Of a DNA stretch of 64,000 nt, positions 56,095-64,000 are shown in pieces. The stretch comes from Eggerthellales bacterium. Lineage in GTDB: Bacteria > Actinomycetota > Coriobacteriia > Coriobacteriales > Eggerthellaceae. Position numbers and translations under genes: made by a program. Numbering within the stretch: the stretch's first letter is position 1; every line of letters starts with the position of its first letter. The notes beneath the pieces were generated by a model, which searched no databases, had not been told where the DNA came from, and worked only from the letters and a program-made list of their open reading frames with translations. The stretch spans positions 6,178 through 70,177 of the forward strand of contig JAQXGX010000111.1 of NCBI GenBank assembly GCA_029006935.1, written 5' to 3'.

Positions 56095-56517
56095 TTACTC
56101 AGCAGCGGTCTCCTCCACGGGAGCCTCCTCGGCTTCCTGGGCGGGAGCAGCAGCTTCCTCAGCCTTGGCTGCTTCGGCCTTCCTTGCGTACTCGGCGGCA
56201 CGCTCTGCCTTTGCGGCTGCCTTTGCCTCACGCTCAGCCTTCTTAGCTGCCTCGCGCTCAGCTGCAGCAGCTGCCTTGGCGGCCTTCTTCTCAGCCTCGC
56301 GAGCAGCAACGGCCTGGCGAGCTGCACCGAACTTGTCGGTGAAGCGCTGGACGCGTCCGCCGGTGTCGATCAGCTTCTGGGTGCCGGTGAAGAAGGGATG
56401 GCATGCACTGCAGATGTCAACCTTCAGCTCGGACTTGGTGGAGCGGGTAACAAAGGTGTTGCCGCAGGTGCAGCGAACCGTGCACTCCACGTAATTCGGA
56501 TGGATTCCGTCCTTCAT
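56095..56517 (-). CDS. rpmE: 50S ribosomal protein L31 (Zn type) with about 70-aa Ala/Glu/Lys-rich C-terminal tail
   Basis: [28 protein letters not shown]...[26 protein letters not shown]. Then a tail [36 protein letters not shown]... Confidence 0.93.
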   Translation of the reverse strand: MKDGIHPNYVECTVRCTCGNTFVTRSTKSELKVDICSACHPFFTGTQKLIDTGGRVQRFTDKFGAARQAVAAREAEKKAAKAAAAAEREAAKKAEREAKAAAKAERAAEYARKAEAAKAEEAAAPAQEAEEAPVEETAAE

Positions 56518-56569
56518 GGGTTCTCCTTTTCATGCCTTGGTTTCCGACCAAAGCGAGATTAGCCTGATT

Positions 56570-56597
56570 AATATACCACGGACCCAGGGGATTTCAA
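56570..56597 (-). promoter_or_regulatory. rpmE promoter TTGAAA-N16-(TGG)TATATT
   Basis: Minus strand CTTTGAAATCCCCTGGGTCCGTGGTATATTAATC, about 50 nt before ATG 56517. Confidence 0.6.
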
Positions 56598-56601
56598 AGA
56601 A

Positions 56602-57429
56602 CTATTTCCCATTCCTGGGTATTCCCTGCTGGGGCTTACGGTTCTTCAGCGCAAAGACCAGGACCGCCACTCCCGCAAGGATCAGCGGCACCGAAAGCAG
56701 CTGCCCCATGGTAAGCCAACCTCCCCACAGGTATCCCAGCTGGGCGTCGGGCTGGCGAATGAACTCCAGGGCAAAGCGGCACACACCGTACACGACCAGG
56801 AACACCCCCAGAAACGTTCCCTGGGGGCAGGGAGGCTTGCGCCTGCGCAGGATCATCATGATCGCGAACAGCAGCACGCCTTCCAGCAGGGCCTCGTAGA
56901 GCTGGGAGGGATGACGAGGCATCATGCCGGCGCTTCCCCCGAACACCACGCCCCAGGGAAGGTCGGTAGGAGCTCCCCAGAGCTCACCGTTGACGAAGTT
57001 GGCGCAACGGCCGAAGAACAGGCCGATGGGGGCTGCCATGCATCCCAGGTCCGCCAAGGTCAGGAAGGGAATCTTGGTAAGAAGCGACGCAACGACCCCC
57101 GCGATCAGCGCCCCCGCCAAGCCGCCGTGGAAGCTCATTCCCCCGTGGTTGAAGGCAAGGATCTCCAAGGGATTTTCCAGGTAGTCCGCCTCCCCGTAGA
57201 ACACCACGTAGCCAAGACGCGCGCCCAAGATCACCCCCACCACCACGCACAGCACGATGGTCATGAGGGCGTCATCGTCAAAGTTCAGGCGCCATTTCCT
57301 GGCCGTGGCGTAGATCAGCGCCGCGCACAGCACAAAGCCCATCACATAGGCGATCCCGTACCAGCGCACGGCAAAGGGCCCTATGACAAAGGCCACGGGA
57401 TCCAGGGCCTGGTAGATGGCGTTTAGCAC
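56602..57429 (-). CDS. lgt: prolipoprotein diacylglyceryl transferase
   Basis: ...GPFAVRWYGIAYVMGF...GGMSFHGGL...GR.ANF.NGELWG.PT..PWGVVF...RHPSQLYEALLEG... GTG 57429 chosen; the track start 57489 would overlap the upstream gene by 50 nt. Confidence 0.9.
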   Translation of the reverse strand: MLNAIYQALDPVAFVIGPFAVRWYGIAYVMGFVLCAALIYATARKWRLNFDDDALMTIVLCVVVGVILGARLGYVVFYGEADYLENPLEILAFNHGGMSFHGGLAGALIAGVVASLLTKIPFLTLADLGCMAAPIGLFFGRCANFVNGELWGAPTDLPWGVVFGGSAGMMPRHPSQLYEALLEGVLLFAIMMILRRRKPPCPQGTFLGVFLVVYGVCRFALEFIRQPDAQLGYLWGGWLTMGQLLSVPLILAGVAVLVFALKNRKPQQGIPRNGK

Positions 57430-57439
57430 CGCGCCCCCC

Positions 57440-57733
57440 CTACAGAAGGAATCGGTTGGGGTTTCCCTGCCGGGCAGGGTTGTTGACAATGGTGGAGCGG
57501 TCCGGGCCGTTCTTCAGGAAGAACTCGCACACGCGGCAGACTTCCTTCACCGATGCATCGTAGTTCAGATCCGGGTTCAGAATCAGGTTGAAGTCCGATG
57601 CCACAACATGGGTGCTGCGATAGCACGCAGAGTAGTTGCAGTCCGCCGGGCAGGGCTCCCCGGGTATGTTATGGGGGCAGCGGCCCCTCATCTCCTCATC
57701 GCAGCCACGCTGCTCCCAGCATGCAGCCATCAT
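57440..57733 (-). CDS. small Cys-rich protein of unknown function (N-terminal CWExxxC...CP motif)
   Basis: Eight Cys in about 97 aa: MMAACWEQRGCDEEMRGRCPHNIPGEPCPADCNYSACYR...VCRVCEFF... The AAGGGGG RBS favours ATG 57733/57730 over track start 57745. Confidence 0.6.
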   Translation of the reverse strand: MMAACWEQRGCDEEMRGRCPHNIPGEPCPADCNYSACYRSTHVVASDFNLILNPDLNYDASVKEVCRVCEFFLKNGPDRSTIVNNPARQGNPNRFLL

Positions 57734-57806
57734 GTCCCCCTTCATAGCAAGGGGCGGACCGCCGCTTCCGCAGCCAGCCCGCCCCTTCGGCTTTGCTCGT
57801 TGGTCC

Positions 57807-58046
57807 TTAGTCTTCCTTGGCCGCGGGAACCACCGCCGTGACCCCGGGCACCCGGTCCTTCAGAATACGCTCGACGCCGTTTGCCAATGTCATGGACGCC
57901 ATGGGGCAGCCATCGCAGGCACCCTGGAGCTGGACGGTGACCACGCCGTCCTCGTCCACGTCGATCAGCTTCACATCACCGCCATCAGCCTGCAGGCTGG
58001 GACGGATGAGCTCGAGCACTGCCGCAACATCGTTCTTATCTACCAT
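57807..58046 (-). CDS. NifU C-terminal-domain (Nfu-type) Fe-S cluster carrier
   Basis: 79 aa; MVDKNDVAAVLELIRPSLQADGGDVKLIDVDEDGVVTVQLQGACDGCPMASMTL..GVERILKDRVPG. Start ATG 58046 (GAGAGGA RBS). Confidence 0.85.
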   Translation of the reverse strand: MVDKNDVAAVLELIRPSLQADGGDVKLIDVDEDGVVTVQLQGACDGCPMASMTLANGVERILKDRVPGVTAVVPAAKED

Positions 58047-58072
58047 TGCAAGATCCTCTCGGGTTGTACTTT

Positions 58073-58101
58073 GTATCGCTGTGATTCTAGCACAGCGATA
58101 C
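58073..58101 (-). promoter_or_regulatory. extended -10 promoter (TGC-TAGAAT) enclosed by a perfect 11-bp inverted repeat
   Basis: Minus strand GTATCGCTGTG-CTAGAAT-CACAGCGATAC. The -10 hexamer TAGAAT (58084-58089) lies in the 7-nt spacer of the palindrome, about 40 nt before ATG 58046. Confidence 0.5.
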
Positions 58102-58116
58102 CACCCATGGGCGGCC

Positions 58117-59610
58117 TTAGGCCATCGGCTTCCAGTCACCGCCCAGAATCACCAGCACATCGGTAGAGAAGGAATAGAACCCGTTGGCCGCAATGGCACG
58201 ACCCGTACCCAGGGTCTCCACCACGGATTCCGCTGCGGCCTTCATGGCATCCTTCTTGTACACCACCAGGGTTTCGCCGTACACGTAGCTGTCGGCGTTA
58301 CCAGTCTGGTCGATCACGTATCCCGCCGACTCAAGAATCTGGGCGATGGAGCTGGCGCCGCCGTCAATGCCGGAGCCGTTCCTGACCTCCACCTTGATCT
58401 TGGACGGATCGACGCCGGAAGTGTCCACCTGACCTTCCTGCAAGGGGTTCTGACCCGCATTCACCTGCTCCATCAGCTGGGCAAAGGACGCTGAGGAAAC
58501 CACGTAGGAGGCATCGGCGGAAACGGAGTCCCTGTATCCCGGAACGTAGGTGGTGTAGGCATTTTCCACGGAAAAGCCCACGAAGTCCGACAAGGCACCG
58601 TACAGCCCGCTTCCCGACCAATCGGTCTGGAAGGCCCCCGCGCACCGGTCAAGGCGGGTGGCAAGGGAAAGGAAGCCGTCCTTGCTCAGGTACTGCAGGA
58701 CCAGGGCCGTCGTGAGCCCTTGGTTGACCATCTGGGACCTTACGCCGTCAGAGTAGTTGGATGCCCTCAGGAAGGTCACCAGCTGCTCCCCCTCCAGGGT
58801 CTGCTGACCTGCGGCTATGTAGACACCTCCGGCATTGGGGTCGTCCACTTCCTCGCTCAGGTTCAAGGTCACGCCACCCATTTCCTGGGCCAGCTTGGTG
58901 ATTCCCTGGACGTTGGTAGTGACCAGGTGGGAAATCTTCACGCCGGCAACGTCTGCCACCGCCGAGACCAGCTCCTTGGTGCCGCCGATCCTGCGAGCGT
59001 CAACGATCTTGTGACCCATGCCGTCGCTCATGCTCACATAGGTTGAGCTGGGAAAGCCCACGAAGGTGGCGCGCTTTTCCGCAGGATCGATGCGAACCAG
59101 GGAAAGCAGGTCCACGCCGTCGTCGTTTCCATCGGAATCGTCCAGGTCAGCGCTGACGAGCACGTAGAAGGGATCCTGCCCCGCCTGCTCTACCAGCACC
59201 TCCGTGGCGGAGCTGTCGGAAAGACCCATCTTCGACCCCATGAGGCCGAAGAAGGCGTTGACCCCCACGACCACGCCGACCACCAAGATGATCACCGCAA
59301 GGGCAAGCAGCAGCAGCACCCGCTGCAGACGGCGGCGGGACTGGATCTGCTGGCTGAACTCACGGGTGCTGACGCGGCGGTTGTAGGCAGCCGAGCTTTC
59401 CCCTGACGTGGTGGAGGGCATGATGTTGCGCACTTCGCCCTTGGATGCCCGACGCGTCTTCCTGGGGCTGGAAAAGCCCACCGAGGACGCGTTCATGGAA
59501 CGGGCTGACGGCGCAACCCGGTTATGGGTTCCTATATTGGAGCTGCGCATGCGCCTGGAAACGCTCTTGGATTGGGAGGCGGTGATGCGGTTCCGCTTGA
59601 ACGGACTCAT
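58117..59610 (-). CDS. LytR-CpsA-Psr (LCP) family cell-wall glycopolymer transferase with LytR_C domain
   Basis: Basic cytoplasmic head, TM segment, LCP core (...LLSLVRIDP..KRATFVGFP..T.V...) and a C-terminal LytR_C-like VEVRNGSG...A..IAQILESAGY segment. Confidence 0.8.
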   Translation of the reverse strand: MSPFKRNRITASQSKSVSRRMRSSNIGTHNRVAPSARSMNASSVGFSSPRKTRRASKGEVRNIMPSTTSGESSAAYNRRVSTREFSQQIQSRRRLQRVLLLLALAVIILVVGVVVGVNAFFGLMGSKMGLSDSSATEVLVEQAGQDPFYVLVSADLDDSDGNDDGVDLLSLVRIDPAEKRATFVGFPSSTYVSMSDGMGHKIVDARRIGGTKELVSAVADVAGVKISHLVTTNVQGITKLAQEMGGVTLNLSEEVDDPNAGGVYIAAGQQTLEGEQLVTFLRASNYSDGVRSQMVNQGLTTALVLQYLSKDGFLSLATRLDRCAGAFQTDWSGSGLYGALSDFVGFSVENAYTTYVPGYRDSVSADASYVVSSASFAQLMEQVNAGQNPLQEGQVDTSGVDPSKIKVEVRNGSGIDGGASSIAQILESAGYVIDQTGNADSYVYGETLVVYKKDAMKAAAESVVETLGTGRAIAANGFYSFSTDVLVILGGDWKPMA

Positions 59611-59622
59611 GGAAGGCGGCTC

Positions 59623-60891
59623 CTACACGGTCACACGCTTGACGCATGCGCCAAGGGAGGAAAGCTTGCCCACGTAATCTTCGTACCCTCGATCGATGTG
59701 GCGGATCTGATGGACATCGGTTCGTCCTTCGGCAACGATGCCCGCCAGCACCAAGGCACCTCCGGCCCGCAGGTCGGTGGAGGAGACCGGTGCTCCCTGA
59801 AGGGCCTTCACGCCCTGGACGAAGGCATGGTGGCCTTCGATGGTGATGTTTGCACCCATGCGGCACAGCTCTGCGGCGAACATGAAGCGGTTCTCGAACA
59901 CGTTTTCCGTGATCACCGAGTTGCCCTCCGCCAAGGCCGCCAGCAGCATGAACTGGGCCTGCAGATCCGTGGGGAAGCCCGGATGGGGCAGGGTCTGGAT
60001 TTCCGTGGGACGCAGGGACCCGCTGCGCTCAACGCTGATCCAGCCGGGACCCGTTTCCACCGTGCAGCCCATCTCCCGCAGCTTCAGCAAAGCCATGCGC
60101 AGGAAGGAGGGATCGATTCCGGTGACCTTCAGGGGGCCGCCGGTAAGGGCGCCGCCCACCAGGAAGGTGCCGGCCTCGATACGATCCCCCACCGTCTGAT
60201 GAACGCAGGGATGAAGCTTATCCAGAGGCACTCCCTGGATGGTGATGGAGGGGCTGCCGCCGCCGGTGATCTGCGCACCCATTTCGTTGAGCATGTTGCA
60301 CAGGTCCACGATCTCAGGCTCGCGGGCAGCGTTGTCTATGACCGTGGTGCCTTCCGCCGTGACCGCGGCCATGAGCAGGTTTTCCGTTGCGCCCACGCTG
60401 GGGAAGGTGAGCATGACCTCCGCACCGTGAAGGCCCTGGGGAGCGTTAGCCTCCAGGTAACCGTGATCTACGGTGAACTCCACGCCCAGATGCTCCAAGC
60501 CGGCAAGGTGCATGTCGATCTTGCGGGCGCCGATCTGGCAACCGCCGGGCATGGCCACCCGGGCGCGGCCAAAGCGACCGATCAGCGGACCCAGTACGGA
60601 AATGCTGGCGCGCATCTTCGAGACCAGCTCATAGGGAGTCTCGAAGCAATCTACCGAGGAGGTGTCCACGGCGACCTGATGGCCTTCCCGCTCCACCGTG
60701 GCCCCCAGGACCCGAAGCACCTCGGTCATGACCTCTATGTCAGAGATCAGAGGCACGTTCTGAACCACGGACCTTCCCTGGCCCAGCAGCGTTGCCGCCA
60801 GCAGCTTCAAAGCCGAGTTCTTCGCACCGGAAACACGGATCTGACCCGTGAGCACACCGGTGCCTTCCACCACGATGATTTCTTCAGACAT
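59623..60891 (-). CDS. murA: UDP-N-acetylglucosamine 1-carboxyvinyltransferase
   Basis: ...VSGAKNSALKLLAATLL...MPGGCQIGARKIDMH (active-site Cys present)... Confidence 0.95.
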   Translation of the reverse strand: MSEEIIVVEGTGVLTGQIRVSGAKNSALKLLAATLLGQGRSVVQNVPLISDIEVMTEVLRVLGATVEREGHQVAVDTSSVDCFETPYELVSKMRASISVLGPLIGRFGRARVAMPGGCQIGARKIDMHLAGLEHLGVEFTVDHGYLEANAPQGLHGAEVMLTFPSVGATENLLMAAVTAEGTTVIDNAAREPEIVDLCNMLNEMGAQITGGGSPSITIQGVPLDKLHPCVHQTVGDRIEAGTFLVGGALTGGPLKVTGIDPSFLRMALLKLREMGCTVETGPGWISVERSGSLRPTEIQTLPHPGFPTDLQAQFMLLAALAEGNSVITENVFENRFMFAAELCRMGANITIEGHHAFVQGVKALQGAPVSSTDLRAGGALVLAGIVAEGRTDVHQIRHIDRGYEDYVGKLSSLGACVKRVTV

Positions 60892-60999
60892 ATTGTTCCC
60901 TCAGAGTAAGCGGGCGAAGGGCCCGCCGGTATTCGCATTGCCTTCCCATTATACGGAGCGCACCTGCAACGCGCATCGGCCCCGGGCCTCCTTCATGGA

Positions 61000-61038
61000 A
61001 AGCAAACAAAAGGGGACGGCACCGAAGCACCGTCCCCC
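61000..61038 (-). terminator. intrinsic terminator after tsf
   Basis: Minus strand GGGGACGGTGC-TTCG-GTGCCGTCCCC followed by TTTTGTTTGCTTT. Confidence 0.8.
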
Positions 61039-61063
61039 CTAATAGCAGGTTCAAGCCGGTCGA

Positions 61064-61924
61064 TTACTCGCCCAGTGCGAAGTGGACGAAGCCCACGACC
61101 TTCAGGGAGCCGCCCAGTTCCTTGGCAACGCCGTCAACATAGGAGCCCACGGTCTTGTCGCCGTCCTTGACGAAGGCCTGCTCGGTCAGGCACTGCTCCT
61201 TGTAGAACTTCTCCAGGCGGCCGGTGGCCATCTTCTCCTGGATAGCCTCGGGCTTGCCGGACTCAGCAGCCTGAGCCTTGTAGATTGCCAGCTCGTGCTC
61301 CACGGTCTCGGCCGGAACGGCATCGCGGTTTGCGGCGATGGGAGACATGGCGGCAACCTGCATGGCCACGTCGCGGCCACAGGCCTTGAACTGGTCGCAG
61401 GTGGGGTCGATGCCCTCGGCGGCGAACTCGACCAGAACGCCATGCTTGCCAGCACCATGGATGTAGGAGGCGATTGCGTCGCCTTCCACGACCTGGACGC
61501 GAGCCAGCTCGCAGTTTTCGCCCATCACGTGGATGCAGTCGGTGATCACGGCCTCGACGGTCTCGCCTTCGGCGTCGGCAGCCTTCAGAGCCTCCACGTC
61601 AGCAGGCTTTGCAGCCAGGGCGGCCTTGGCGATGCGCTCCACGTAGCCGCGGAACTTCTCGTTGGTGGACACGAAGTCGGTCTCGCACTTGAGCTCGACC
61701 ACGACGCCGGTCTTGCCGTCGTCGGAGGTCAGGGCCATGACATAGCCTTCGTTGGTGGCACGGCCGGCCTTCTTGGCCACGGCGGCCAGGCCGCGGGTGC
61801 GCAGCACGTCAACGGCAGCCTCGATGGAGCCCTCGGCCTCGGTCAGGGCCTTCTTGCACTCCATCATGCCAGCACCGGTCATCTCGCGAAGTTCCTTAAC
61901 CATAGCAGCGGTGATCTGAGCCAT
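61064..61924 (-). CDS. tsf: elongation factor Ts
   Basis: MAQITAAMVKELREMTGAGMMECKKALTEAEG... Confidence 0.97.
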   Translation of the reverse strand: MAQITAAMVKELREMTGAGMMECKKALTEAEGSIEAAVDVLRTRGLAAVAKKAGRATNEGYVMALTSDDGKTGVVVELKCETDFVSTNEKFRGYVERIAKAALAAKPADVEALKAADAEGETVEAVITDCIHVMGENCELARVQVVEGDAIASYIHGAGKHGVLVEFAAEGIDPTCDQFKACGRDVAMQVAAMSPIAANRDAVPAETVEHELAIYKAQAAESGKPEAIQEKMATGRLEKFYKEQCLTEQAFVKDGDKTVGSYVDGVAKELGGSLKVVGFVHFALGE

Positions 61925-62001
61925 AGTTGGATCCTTTCTGTAAGGGCGCCCCTCGGGGCGCCTGCGTCAGCAACGGGTCATGCGCCTAGGCGCAAAGGGG
62001 T

Positions 62002-62757
62002 TTACTCGGCCTCGGGAGCCGGAGCAGCCTCGGTCTCCTCAGCGGGAGCTGCTTCCATTTCCTCAGCGGAAACGGGAGCCACGCCGCCAGCCAGAACGGC
62101 GTCGGCGATGAAGTCGGCCAGCAGACGGACGGAGCGGATGGCGTCGTCGTTTGCGGGGATGCCGTACTCAACGTCGTCGGGGTCGCAGTTCGTGTCCAGG
62201 GTGCCCACCACGGGGATGTTCAGGCGCTTTGCCTCGTGAACGGCCAGGGCCTCACGGTTGGTGTCGATGATGAAGACGGCATCGGGGACCTTCTTCATGT
62301 TGCGGATGCCATTCAGGTTGGTCTGCAGCTTGCCCAGCTCCTTGCGAAGGATGATCTGCTCCTTCTTGGGCAGCAGAGCCATGCGACCGTCAGCCTCCAT
62401 GGCCTCCAGCTCCTCCATACGCTGAACGCGGGAGCGGATGGTCACGAAGTTGGTCAGCATGCCGCCGAGCCAGCGAGCGTTCACATAGGGCATGCCACAG
62501 CGGTTGGCAGCGTCGGCAACGGCTTCCTGAGCCTGCTTCTTGGTGCCCACGAACAGGACGGTACCGCCCTTGCGAGCCAGGTTGGAGATGAAGGTGTAGG
62601 AGTCATCGAGGCCGAACAGGGTCTGCTTCAGGTCGATGATGTAGATGTCGCCACGGCTGCCGAAGATGTACGGCTTCATCTTGGGGTTCCAGCGGCGGGT
62701 CTGGTGACCGAAATGGGCACCTGCGTCGAGCAGCGACGCAATGCTGATCTTCGTCAT
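62002..62757 (-). CDS. rpsB: 30S ribosomal protein S2
   Basis: ...[34 protein letters not shown]... Confidence 0.97.
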   Translation of the reverse strand: MTKISIASLLDAGAHFGHQTRRWNPKMKPYIFGSRGDIYIIDLKQTLFGLDDSYTFISNLARKGGTVLFVGTKKQAQEAVADAANRCGMPYVNARWLGGMLTNFVTIRSRVQRMEELEAMEADGRMALLPKKEQIILRKELGKLQTNLNGIRNMKKVPDAVFIIDTNREALAVHEAKRLNIPVVGTLDTNCDPDDVEYGIPANDDAIRSVRLLADFIADAVLAGGVAPVSAEEMEAAPAEETEAAPAPEAE

Positions 62758-62872
62758 TGCGAATCTCCATTCGTTAGTCCTCTGCCTGTGGTCTTCCCCG
62801 TCCCTGCAGCCTTTTTCCGGTGGCCACTAGCAGGTCCGAGTCGCACAGACATGTGTGATTAGAAACTCAGCA

Positions 62873-62881
62873 ACTATAGCA
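62873..62881 (-). promoter_or_regulatory. extended -10 promoter (TGC-TATAGT) for rpsB-tsf
   Basis: Minus strand GATTCGTGCTATAGTTGC, about 115 nt before ATG 62757. Confidence 0.5.
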
Positions 62882-62973
62882 CGAATCCCGCACCAGGGAA
62901 AGCCTGGATTTTTCGGCATTCGCAGGAACCATCGAGTCACCCCCATTTCTGCGAACGCCGCGTCGGCCGGCAA

Positions 62974-63001
62974 CGAAAAGGCCCCTTCCGCAGAAGGGGC
63001 C
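62974..63001 (-). terminator. intrinsic terminator after metG
   Basis: Minus strand GGCCCCTTC-TGCG-GAAGGGGCC followed by TTTTCGTT. Confidence 0.75.
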
Positions 63002-63031
63002 CGGAATGCTTGGGGCAAAGGCCCGTGAGGC

Positions 63032-64000
63032 CTACTTAAACTGGCTGGGATGCTTTTCGAAGAAGTCGAACCGCGGGGGCAGGGGCTCTAGCTCCTTGAA
63101 TCCGCACTCCACCTGCTGGGGAGTGCACAGCTCCTCCATGCCGTCGAAGGCGGCGTCCCAGCTGAAGAAGCGCTCCGCGTCGAATCCCAGCTGATCGCAG
63201 ATCTTCTGGCAGCCTGCGGGAACCACGGGATGCATGAGCAGCGCGCAGATGCGCAGCAGGAAGAAGCAGTCCACCAGAAGCTGACGGCGCAGCTCCCGGT
63301 CCCCTTCCTTTTCGGCCCGCTTGATGCCTTCCACCCAGACCTTGTTGGCCTCGCGGATGTAGGCATCCATCAGGGACATGACGCCGTGAAGCTCCACGCC
63401 CTGCATCAGGGCCTCGTAGCTTGCCATGACCTCGTGGGCGCGGTCCACGTACCTGGGAGTGGGGGTGCCCAGGGGCATGCGGCCGTCGAAGCTCTTCTGC
63501 ACCTCGTAGAAGCAGCTGCGGGCAAGGCGGTTGAACACGTTGGTGAGCAGGGCGCCTTCCTTCAGCGCAGGGTCGGCCACGCGGGGGTCGTTGCGCTTTG
63601 CCTCGTCCGCCTCGAAGGGCTTGGGGCTGAATCCCACGGACTTCTGGTCAAGGCCCAGGGCCAGCCAGTGAGCGCGCAGCTGCTCGGGGGTGTAGTGCTC
63701 CAGCAGCTCATCGGCGGAAGGCGGCTTGACCGCGCCGGAGCTGGATGCCTTCTTCTTGCCGAACAGGATGTGGTGGTTGGCAACAAGGCGGGTCTGGCGA
63801 AGGGGCCAGCGGCCCTGTGCGCGATCGGCATCAGGATCGTTTGCCGCGCTCTGGACGGCCTTGAACATGGCGGGCTGGGCCACGCCGTAGAAGTACAGGT
63901 TGTCCTGCCCGATGAACTGGTAGACCTGGGAATCCTCCGAGCACCAGAAGTCCCGCCAGCTTTCCTGGGGCATGCCCCGCATGATATTGCAGGCCCGGGT
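63032..64000 (-). CDS. metG: methionine--tRNA ligase, C-terminal part (5' end beyond the right edge)
   Basis: ...YQFIGQDNLYFYGVAQPAMF (compare MetRS FIGKDI.YFH..FWPAML), a KMSKS-like FGKKKASSSG, and an anticodon-binding helical region. The frame stays open to position 64000. Confidence 0.8.
   Translation of the reverse strand, partial: TRACNIMRGMPQESWRDFWCSEDSQVYQFIGQDNLYFYGVAQPAMFKAVQSAANDPDADRAQGRWPLRQTRLVANHHILFGKKKASSSGAVKPPSADELLEHYTPEQLRAHWLALGLDQKSVGFSPKPFEADEAKRNDPRVADPALKEGALLTNVFNRLARSCFYEVQKSFDGRMPLGTPTPRYVDRAHEVMASYEALMQGVELHGVMSLMDAYIREANKVWVEGIKRAEKEGDRELRRQLLVDCFFLLRICALLMHPVVPAGCQKICDQLGFDAERFFSWDAAFDGMEELCTPQQVECGFKELEPLPPRFDFFEKHPSQFK

Overview
High-GC, Actinomycetota-type chromosome segment. 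The anaerobe gene content (four-subunit 2-oxoacid:ferredoxin oxidoreductase), sepF and divIVA without ftsA, and an LCP protein suggest class Coriobacteriia; this is inference only. The window is almost entirely housekeeping and is nearly all encoded on the minus strand. Left to right: thiC 5' part with a TPP riboswitch, thiamine diphosphokinase and RNase P RNA (+). Then a complete dcw cluster, transcribed right to left: mraZ-rsmH-ftsL-ftsI-murE-murF-mraY-murD-ftsW-murG-murC-murB-ftsQ-ftsZ-pgeF-yggS-sepF-yggT-divIVA. Then a Xer recombinase, a DUF1846 protein (+), nadK and map. Then tRNA-Tyr/Thr/Met-tuf-rpmG-tRNA-Trp-secE-nusG-rplK-rplA. Then two tandem coiled-coil NlpC/P60 hydrolases (+), an aminotransferase (+) and the oxidoreductase operon. 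Then one long str/S10/spc ribosomal-protein cluster, rpsL-rpsG-fusA-rpsJ...rplO-secY-adk. Finally rpmE, lgt, a small Cys-rich protein, an Nfu-like protein, an LCP protein, murA, tsf, rpsB and the 3' part of metG. I saw no mobile elements, CRISPR arrays, defence or toxin systems. Most long plus-strand ORFs in the track are antisense shadows of minus-strand genes. The most unusual items are: (1) a divergent trigger-factor paralogue, with its own promoter-like -10 and flanked by intrinsic terminators, between rplW (L23) and rplB inside the S10 cluster; (2) about 630 nt of apparently non-coding, highly structured sequence upstream of the rpsL promoter carrying three copies of a 14-nt motif; (3) a perfect 11-bp inverted repeat wrapped around the -10 of the nfu / Cys-rich / lgt unit; (4) several terminator-like hairpins inside the spc cluster; (5) an orphan plus-strand terminator upstream of mraZ. 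All calls come from reading the sequence and ORF track. No database searches were run, and start codons were chosen by RBS inspection.
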